DNA from: Leptospiraceae bacterium
GTDB taxonomy: Bacteria > Spirochaetota > Leptospiria > Leptospirales > Leptospiraceae
Length of the DNA stretch: 11,120 nucleotides
Direction: 5' to 3'
Assembly (NCBI GenBank): GCA_016720625.1
Contig: JADKKG010000114.1
Location: 1 to 11,120, forward strand
The translations under genes were made by a program, and so were the position numbers. Below, piece by piece: positions 1 to 5,840 of this stretch; positions within the stretch are counted from its first letter, which is position 1; the number at the start of each line of letters is the position of its first letter. The notes beneath the pieces are model-generated. The model worked only from the letters and a program-made list of their open reading frames with translations. It was not told the DNA's origin and did not search any database.

Positions 1-526
1 TAGCATTTGATAACCAAGCGAAGACGAAAGCCCCTAAGGTTAACACACCGAATGCGTTACCTGCCCACCAACCAAGTGAAATTGAATAAAAAAAATTCCA
101 TTCGACCATTCCATTTAAACATAGACCTAGAACTCCGATCAATGCACTAATTGTAGGCGCAATGATAATTGCAATCAGAAAGAACATACCAACATTCTTT
201 AGACTAAGCGGATATTTGTTATTCTCTAGTCTGGATTTTAAAAAATAGGCACTGAACAAAGGCTCAAGACTATTTCCGATAACAGTGGCTATTACAAAAC
301 CAATCGGTGCACCTGTTGAATAGGTTGTAAAAAATGCTCCTATACTAATTGCAGGCAAATACTTATAACCCCCGAAAAGTAAAACAGGAAGTGACAGACC
401 AGAAGGAAGCCAAATTAATGTAACATTCGATTGAATAAATGCAATTTTTAAACCGATCTTGGCAAAAAGAAAAAAAGCAATGGAAATTAAAATATTCGTG
501 ATGATAAATCTAATCTTAGAATGCAT
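1..526 (-). CDS. N-terminal ~175 aa of a MASE1-domain membrane sensor protein (partial; 3' end lies beyond window start). Likely the input domain of a histidine kinase or GGDEF/EAL protein.
   Basis: Manual translation of the minus strand from ATG at 524-526 gives an open frame to position 1 with no stop. It is absent from the ORF track only because its stop is outside the window. The sequence is MHSKIRFIITNILISIAFFLFAKIGLKIAFIQSNVTLIWLPSGLSLPVLLFGGYKYLPAISIGAFF...LGWWAGNAFGVLTLGAFVFAWL. It shows multiple hydrophobic helices plus the 'WLPSG' and 'WWaGNafGvL' motifs typical of the MASE1 membrane sensor domain. There is an in-frame TAA just upstream of the ATG, and AGGAAG lies ~15 nt upstream. 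Confidence 0.6.
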   Translation of the reverse strand, partial: MHSKIRFIITNILISIAFFLFAKIGLKIAFIQSNVTLIWLPSGLSLPVLLFGGYKYLPAISIGAFFTTYSTGAPIGFVIATVIGNSLEPLFSAYFLKSRLENNKYPLSLKNVGMFFLIAIIIAPTISALIGVLGLCLNGMVEWNFFYSISLGWWAGNAFGVLTLGAFVFAWLSNA

Positions 527-554
527 TAAATTGTCATTCAGCTTCCTTTAAGAA

Positions 555-1586
555 TTACTTTTCTTCTTCCTTGCGCTTAATCGGAAGTTTCCCCAGACTC
601 TCTCCACCTATGTTCAGAAATACACCTTCTAGTTTAGTTCCGGATAGAAGTCTTGAGAACACTTCTGCAACAGATTCTCCACCGAGGATTGCAAGGGGAG
701 CCATTGCTTCTGCAATCTTGACAAGTTGATCTTTATCGTTGAAAGACTGAAGTGCTGCGATGAAATCGGGGCTAATCGCCTTTGCCCGCTCAACCATGGA
801 TCTGACTTGCGTATCAAGCTCTTTTGCTGAGAGGTTGATATTTTGTTCCTTGAAGAATACTTCTTGATCTAATCTGGATTTGTCTCTTGTGAGTTGGACA
901 GAGTTGATCTTGTTCATCAAATCTTCTTTGTTCAACTGATTGTTTAATTTTAAGTCTTCGATAGATGCATTTGACTTTGCTCGGGTAGTTTCTAAATCTA
1001 GACGCTTTTCCAATTCTTCTTTTTCGTAACCGTAAATAGCTTTTTGGGTTGAATATTGAGATTCACTGGTTTCTTGTTTTACTTTCTCCATGAATTTTAA
1101 TATTTCTAGCTTTGACTTCTCGCGGGTAAGAGTTGTTGACTCCTGAATCAGAGTTTGTTGCGATTCTTGCATAAGCTTTGCAATGGCTGCATCTTTGATA
1201 AGAATGCCTGTAACTTCCACATCGTAGATTTTCATTTCATTTTCTGTAAAGTGGTAACCAGCATTATCTTCTCCGAGAATCGTCTTCTTTATAATGTTAA
1301 TTCCATTTGTGTAAAATTCTTCTACGCGGAAATTCTTTACAGCAGAGCGGATAACAGATCTAAATCTGTCTGTGAGAAATTTTACATAATTCTCTACATT
1401 AAACCATTTAGAAGAGTCATTTATAAAATTCAATCGGTAAGAAAGCTTAATCTGTATGCTTACAAAATCCTTTGACTCTACTTCAATTGTATCGGATACT
1501 TTGTTGTTAGCCACTCGAAGATATACATCTCGAATTAGGTTTTCATCTGTCTTTGGATTTCCTTTTGATAGAGAAAAAACTTGCAT
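555..1586 (-). CDS. Major vault protein (MVP) homolog, C-terminal part: shoulder (SPFH/band-7-like) domain, coiled-coil cap-helix and cap-ring region. Probably the downstream half of a frameshifted single mvp gene.
   Basis: ORF-track protein. 'VFSLSKGNPKTDENLIRDVYLRVANNKVSDTIEVESKDFVSIQIKLSYRLNF' aligns by eye with vertebrate MVP shoulder '[52 protein letters not shown]'. A long E/K/Q/L-rich predicted coiled coil follows (…KAIYGYEKEELEKRLDLETTRAK…). The C-terminal 'AISPDFIAALQSF…LAILGGESVAEVFSRLLSG' resembles the MVP cap-ring 'AIGPSTIRDLAVAG…LITDGSTPINLFNTAFG'. Confidence 0.75.
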   Translation of the reverse strand: MQVFSLSKGNPKTDENLIRDVYLRVANNKVSDTIEVESKDFVSIQIKLSYRLNFINDSSKWFNVENYVKFLTDRFRSVIRSAVKNFRVEEFYTNGINIIKKTILGEDNAGYHFTENEMKIYDVEVTGILIKDAAIAKLMQESQQTLIQESTTLTREKSKLEILKFMEKVKQETSESQYSTQKAIYGYEKEELEKRLDLETTRAKSNASIEDLKLNNQLNKEDLMNKINSVQLTRDKSRLDQEVFFKEQNINLSAKELDTQVRSMVERAKAISPDFIAALQSFNDKDQLVKIAEAMAPLAILGGESVAEVFSRLLSGTKLEGVFLNIGGESLGKLPIKRKEEEK

Positions 1587-1600
1587 ATCCTCGTCGAATT

Positions 1601-3046
1601 CTAAAAGGTAAGTGCTTGGTCAACTATGACTTTACGCTCTCCTGATTTGCCTACTACCATGATCGCATAACCAGCCCAAACTCCAAGAGAAACTGCGCCA
1701 TCGTATTTTGTATCAAGCGTGATATAGCGAGGAGGAGTATACTTATTTCTTCGTTGAAACGAATCGCTGGCTATTTGTTCTAATTCTTCTGCTTCTGGTT
1801 CTGATAGCAAGGAGTCAGCAACTGAAAATTCACGTTTGCTGGAAGCGGGAGAAGGTGTGGCTTGCGGTCTTGGAGGCAAAGTAGGCTTATCCGCTGGTAT
1901 TGCTTGCTTACGTAGTTCAGAATTAATTTCTATGGCACGATCATTTCCCGGAAACCAAAGACCTACTTGACGATGCTCCAAAATTCTACGAACAATTACT
2001 TCAAAGCGAGGATCAGGTAAGAACATATCGGGACCACGACGAAGTTTTACTTCACCAGTGAGACGGTTCATTACATAGCGCGCTTCTCCAAGTGGAATTG
2101 CTACAGCGTAGTGCACCTCGTTATCCTCATACTTGACGATTGCGTGTTCTTTACGTGGAAAATAAATCATTTGGTCTTTGCCAGTAAAGAAAAGCTCATC
2201 ACCTTCTTTGTATTGTGCCTCACCTTCTGTATAAGGAGCGATTACTTTGATGTAGATTCCTTTGATTTCACTTAGCTCAATCGCTCTATATTTGCGACTA
2301 CCATCTTTCTGGATAAATGTTTCCGTTGGTTCTGGAAATACAACCTCGGGACCTCGCACATAACGTTTATTACCATCTTCATCTAAGAGGATACAATATT
2401 CTAGCCGCTCAAGAGTAACTGCTTCGCGAATGTATTGGTTTCTAACATCTTTTACTACTTCAATACCAGTTGGGGGTATATAGAACGAAACCTCAGTTCC
2501 TTTAATGGTGATATGTTTCCCTAGTTTGAGTTTTGAAATATCAAATTCAGTCTGACCGGTGCTTGATTCACTTGTCTTGATGACCGCCTTATTCCAATTA
2601 TCCTTAGCGGCAGTCTCGTCATACACTCGCACAACCAAGTATTGATTCGAACGAAAATGATGTCCTTTTACTACATTTACCATTTGCCCCGACCAGAGCG
2701 GAAAAGAAATTGGTCCGGGGATATTCACTTTATGTCCCACATTGAGCTCGATGAGGCTATTCACTGTTCCAGTCTTTGGATTAGAATTGTCTTTCGCAGG
2801 ATTTTTTAGAACAAGATACCAACCTTCTGGAGATATTGCAAAGGTTTGAATGGCTCCTTCTAGAGAACATTTTTCAAAGCGCTTCGTTTTCTCATTGAAG
2901 ATGATTGGCTGATCGGTGTTGGAGAGACTTGCTTTATATGGACCAACGTAAATATTAATATTACCTTTTGTTTGGTCAGAAATAAATGCAAATTCATTTG
3001 GGGAGAGAATTAAATCCCTTTCGCGTTGTCTTTCTTCTACTGCCAT
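1601..3046 (-). CDS. Major vault protein (MVP) homolog, N-terminal part: tandem MVP (vault) repeat domains. Upstream half of the split mvp gene.
   Basis: ORF-track protein. The N-terminus 'ILSPNEFAFISDQTKGNINIYVGPYK' resembles MVP '[28 protein letters not shown]'. It has repeated ~55-aa units with the MVP-repeat signature (G-x-x-Y/F-I/F-P … E-V/I-V), e.g. 'GTEVSFYIPPTGIEVVKDV…', 'GDELFFTGKDQMIYFPRKEHAIVKY…' and 'RRGPDMFLPDPRFEVIVRRIL…'. AGGAG lies 7 nt upstream of the ATG at 3046. Confidence 0.75.
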   Translation of the reverse strand: MAVEERQRERDLILSPNEFAFISDQTKGNINIYVGPYKASLSNTDQPIIFNEKTKRFEKCSLEGAIQTFAISPEGWYLVLKNPAKDNSNPKTGTVNSLIELNVGHKVNIPGPISFPLWSGQMVNVVKGHHFRSNQYLVVRVYDETAAKDNWNKAVIKTSESSTGQTEFDISKLKLGKHITIKGTEVSFYIPPTGIEVVKDVRNQYIREAVTLERLEYCILLDEDGNKRYVRGPEVVFPEPTETFIQKDGSRKYRAIELSEIKGIYIKVIAPYTEGEAQYKEGDELFFTGKDQMIYFPRKEHAIVKYEDNEVHYAVAIPLGEARYVMNRLTGEVKLRRGPDMFLPDPRFEVIVRRILEHRQVGLWFPGNDRAIEINSELRKQAIPADKPTLPPRPQATPSPASSKREFSVADSLLSEPEAEELEQIASDSFQRRNKYTPPRYITLDTKYDGAVSLGVWAGYAIMVVGKSGERKVIVDQALTF

Positions 3047-3142
3047 AAAAATCTCCTGCTAATAGTTTATTCTGCAAATCTTAATTTGAATAATAGAACA
3101 AGCAAGTAGAAAAATATTCGTTTTATTTTTTACTTTGAGTAA
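3047..3142 (-). promoter_or_regulatory. AT-rich intergenic region between the che operon (cheY-like stop) and the vault-like gene. Likely contains the che-operon terminator and/or the vault-gene promoter and RBS.
   Basis: This is the only sizeable non-coding gap in the window (96 bp). On the minus strand it carries AGGAG 7 nt before the ATG at 3046, a possible sigma70-like TTGCTT-N16-TAAGAT, and a weak A/T-only hairpin followed by a T-run (minus strand, ~3115-3140). Confidence 0.3.
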
Positions 3143-3502
3143 CTACTCTAATTGTTTTAGCAGGTCAATCATTTCAGCATTTTTAAATGGTTTTACCATC
3201 CAGGCAGATGCTCCTGCGTCTTCTCCTTTTTTACGAATCTCAGCACTAGACTCGGTGGTCAGAATTACAATCTTCATTGATTTGCCATTGGGATGTTTTA
3301 AAACTAGTGGGACAAGTTCGATTCCAGTTTTTCCAGGCATATTTACGTCGAATATTCCAAAATCGAATTTTCCTTCTTCAATTTTTTTTAGCGCCTCATC
3401 GGCATTAGACGCTCTGACTACATCATAATCTTCGAGGCTTAGGGCAGTCTCAATTATATTCAAAACCATTGGAGAATCATCAACTATAAGAACTTTTTTC
3501 AT
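3143..3502 (-). CDS. cheY: CheY-like single-domain response regulator (receiver domain only), terminal gene of the che operon.
   Basis: 119 aa. It has the canonical receiver residues: 'LIVDDS' acidic pair, phospho-acceptor Asp in 'FDVNMPG', 'ILTT' Thr and 'VKP' Lys. AGGAAG RBS lies 4-5 nt upstream of the ATG. Confidence 0.9.
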   Translation of the reverse strand: MKKVLIVDDSPMVLNIIETALSLEDYDVVRASNADEALKKIEEGKFDFGIFDVNMPGKTGIELVPLVLKHPNGKSMKIVILTTESSAEIRKKGEDAGASAWMVKPFKNAEMIDLLKQLE

Positions 3503-3520
3503 AATACTTCCTTGCCTTTT

Positions 3521-4768
3521 TTATAAAATTGGAAATCGAACCCAAACGCATACATCTTTCATATTGTTTTCTCGTCTCATATTATTGTCTGTTGTATAAA
3601 ACGAAATACTCCCTTTGTGTAAATCAATAATTTTATTTACAACTGTCAAACCCAGACCAAATCGAAATGTTTCCTGCATGAATCTATCATCTACAACATT
3701 AGTCAATCGAAAAAATGGTTCAAAGATTTTATGCGCATTACTCTCCGTTATCCCCACTGTTCCGTCTGAATTCTTGTAGGCGGGATTCAGGATTCTGATT
3801 CCAATATCTGATTTATCATGGGAAAAGAGAATATAGATTGTATCCCCATCTTCCGAGTATTTAATTGCATTTGTTAATAATTCATCAAAGACTAGCTTCA
3901 AATTTTCTGGGCTGGCAGTAATTGATCTTCCGGCTAGGTCTCTTGGAAAATCACCCATAACTATCTTCTGATTTTTAATTCCAGCAACTGGTTTCATACC
4001 TTTTACCATTTCGGTTAATGCAGCATAGAAATCTTTCAGGGTTAATTTCCCTATATAAAAATCCTTTTCCGCTAATATGGCTTGTGTTTTAGTTAAACTA
4101 TCACTTAGTTTTAGAATTTCGTCGTAGTTGTCTTTTAATAGGTGATAAATTTTTTCATGAACTAAGTAAACTTTTTTCTCTTCATCTAATTTAGCTTTTG
4201 AAAATAAAATACTCAGTGTGCTAATAAGTGATCCGAGACCACTTCCATGGAAGAAGCTAATATTGATTTGGTGTATTAATTCATTTGCAAGAGATTCGAC
4301 TTTTCTAGTATCAAGTTCTTTTCTCCAATCAAATACTTTAATCATGGATTCGAAAACTTGTTTCTCGTTTGATTTAAAATCAGAAATCTTGGACATCACC
4401 TTTCCGTAGGTGATAGCCTTTGTTATCGCAAAATGAAAATTGAATTTATAAATTGGGTAGGAGATAATATCATACACATGATAGTTTTCCATCATTTGTA
4501 GAAACTTGTCTCCTTCCTCTCGATTGATTAATAGAATAACCAATTGAAATGGATATTCGGAAAGAATATTTCCAAGATTTTTTTGATTTTCGCTACTCGT
4601 GTCAAGAAAATCATAAACGAGTAGCCATGTGTCATCTGATTTAAGATAACTTGTGAGATTATCCATATTATCCGCTACGTTGAAAGCGTAAGTAAGATCA
4701 TCAACGTAGGTTTTCACCTGCTCTGTTATTTCTTTGTTTTGAGTATAGAGTAATATTTTATCAGACAT
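3521..4768 (-). CDS. Atypical cytoplasmic histidine-kinase-like protein: N-terminal receiver-like (probably pseudo-receiver) domain plus C-terminal HATPase_c (GHKL) catalytic domain. No canonical H-box is recognisable.
   Basis: 415 aa. The C-terminus has the N-box 'DELLTNAIKYS', a G2-like 'RFGLGLTVVNKIIDLHKGSIS' and an F-box-like 'FEPFFR', which is the classical HK ATP-binding domain. The N-terminal ~120 aa has a receiver-like beta/alpha pattern (KILLYT…WLLVYDFLD…QLVILL…DIISYP) but lacks the DD pair. No 'HExxxP' DHp motif is seen; the only candidate is the H in 'FFHGSGLGSLISTL'. Its start overlaps the cheB stop by 8 bp. Confidence 0.75.
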   Translation of the reverse strand: MSDKILLYTQNKEITEQVKTYVDDLTYAFNVADNMDNLTSYLKSDDTWLLVYDFLDTSSENQKNLGNILSEYPFQLVILLINREEGDKFLQMMENYHVYDIISYPIYKFNFHFAITKAITYGKVMSKISDFKSNEKQVFESMIKVFDWRKELDTRKVESLANELIHQINISFFHGSGLGSLISTLSILFSKAKLDEEKKVYLVHEKIYHLLKDNYDEILKLSDSLTKTQAILAEKDFYIGKLTLKDFYAALTEMVKGMKPVAGIKNQKIVMGDFPRDLAGRSITASPENLKLVFDELLTNAIKYSEDGDTIYILFSHDKSDIGIRILNPAYKNSDGTVGITESNAHKIFEPFFRLTNVVDDRFMQETFRFGLGLTVVNKIIDLHKGSISFYTTDNNMRRENNMKDVCVWVRFPIL

Positions 4769-5840
4769 ATTGGCCCGAGTAGTTTAAATAATTTTTTATC
4801 TTATTCACCATTTGAGAAAGGGGAAGTTGCTCTTCCACACCGCCGATTTCGTAAGCAACTTTCGGCATTCCGTATATGAGTGCCGACTGTTCACTTTCGC
4901 CAATGGTTCTCGATCCAGCTTCTCGCATTGCTAGTAACCCTTTTGCTCCGTCCATTCCCATGCCTGTCAAAATAACGCCAATTGTCTCACTGGCAAGTTT
5001 ATTATCAACAATGGAATGAAATAGAACATCCACAGATGGTCTATGTCCGTTAACTTTCTCGGCACGATTTAAGCCAACCGTGTGATTAATTCCATTTCTT
5101 TTATTTACCACTAAATGAAAGTCTCCCGGTGCAACGTAAATTCTTCCTGTCTGAATTATATCTTGATCTTTTGCTTCTCGCACATCAAGTCCGAAATCTT
5201 TAGAAACTCCCTTTGAAAAAGTAGCCGTAAATCCTGGCGGCATATGCTGAGTAATCACAATGCATGGAAAATCTCTAGGCACTGTAGATAGCACCTGACG
5301 TATTGCAGTCACTCCACCAGTTGATGCACCAATAGCCACAAGATTGTATTTACTCTTTCCATTTTTACCTGCCATAGGATTATTTATGAGTGGCAAGGAT
5401 TTATATTTTAATTGCTTGAGCCATCTATCAATATTGATCGTAGATGCTGTTTTAATCTTTTGAATTAATTCTGCTTGCGTTGATTCGAGAGTAATCGCTC
5501 CACCATCTGGCTTTGTGACAAAGTCAACTGCACCATATTGCATTGCTAAAATTGCTTTCTCTGAACCTTCCTCAGTTGTGCTACTGACCATGATCACAGG
5601 GATTGGATACTGAGGCATAAGCTTTCGCAAAAATTCCACTCCATCCATGCGAGGCATTTCTACATCTAGAGTTAAAACATCAGGCTCTTTTTCTGGAATC
5701 AGCTCGCTTGCTTCAAAAGGATTTGAAGCTTCTCCTACCACTTCAATACGCGGATCGGTCGTTATCATTTTTCGAATAACATTTCGAACGACTCTTTGGT
5801 CATCCACAATAAATACTTTAATTTTTTTGTTATTGTCCAT
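4761..5840 (-). CDS. cheB: Chemotaxis response regulator protein-glutamate methylesterase CheB (receiver domain plus methylesterase).
   Basis: 359 aa. N-terminal receiver ('VFIVDDQ', 'LTLDVEMPRMDG', 'TKP'). C-terminal methylesterase with the catalytic triad context 'IGASTGG' (Ser), 'QHMPPGFT' (His) and 'TGMGMDG' (Asp). Overlaps the cheA 3' end by 11 bp. Confidence 0.95.
   Translation of the reverse strand: MDNNKKIKVFIVDDQRVVRNVIRKMITTDPRIEVVGEASNPFEASELIPEKEPDVLTLDVEMPRMDGVEFLRKLMPQYPIPVIMVSSTTEEGSEKAILAMQYGAVDFVTKPDGGAITLESTQAELIQKIKTASTINIDRWLKQLKYKSLPLINNPMAGKNGKSKYNLVAIGASTGGVTAIRQVLSTVPRDFPCIVITQHMPPGFTATFSKGVSKDFGLDVREAKDQDIIQTGRIYVAPGDFHLVVNKRNGINHTVGLNRAEKVNGHRPSVDVLFHSIVDNKLASETIGVILTGMGMDGAKGLLAMREAGSRTIGESEQSALIYGMPKVAYEIGGVEEQLPLSQMVNKIKNYLNYSGQYV

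Noticed and set aside
521-526. ATGCAT palindrome at the MASE1 start considered as a regulatory site
   Set aside because: A single 6-bp palindrome is expected by chance many times in 11 kb of AT-rich DNA. There is no extended dyad symmetry around it.
629-817. 62-aa minus-strand ORF overlapping the vault C-terminal gene in another frame
   Set aside because: It is embedded in the conserved MVP shoulder/cap coding region and has no independent signal. It is most likely an alternative-frame artefact.
1155-1475. Plus-strand ORFs of 60-106 aa (1155-1475, 3135-3428, 4218-4409, 5647-5901, 7121-7327, 8407-8670, 8718-8921, 8743-9015, 9334-9516, 10487-10669, 10581-10772)
   Set aside because: Each lies wholly antisense to a well-supported minus-strand gene. 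They have no RBS context, their composition is low-complexity (S/F/L-rich) and they show no recognisable domain. These are typical shadow ORFs of AT-rich coding DNA.
1586-1586. ATG at 1584-1586 as a genuine independent start for a separate SPFH/band-7 gene
   Set aside because: The frame is open upstream of this ATG and the upstream residues (LLEFDED) still align to MVP. There is no RBS in the 14 nt between the upstream stop and this ATG. It is more consistent with an internal Met of a frameshifted single gene.
1598-1612. Programmed -1 ribosomal frameshift or transcriptional slippage joining the two vault ORFs
   Set aside because: There is no canonical X XXY YYZ slippery heptamer and no obvious downstream pseudoknot. 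A T-run of only 4 is short for efficient transcriptional slippage. A simple indel (real or technical) is the more economical explanation. It is kept as a low-probability alternative in the frameshift finding.
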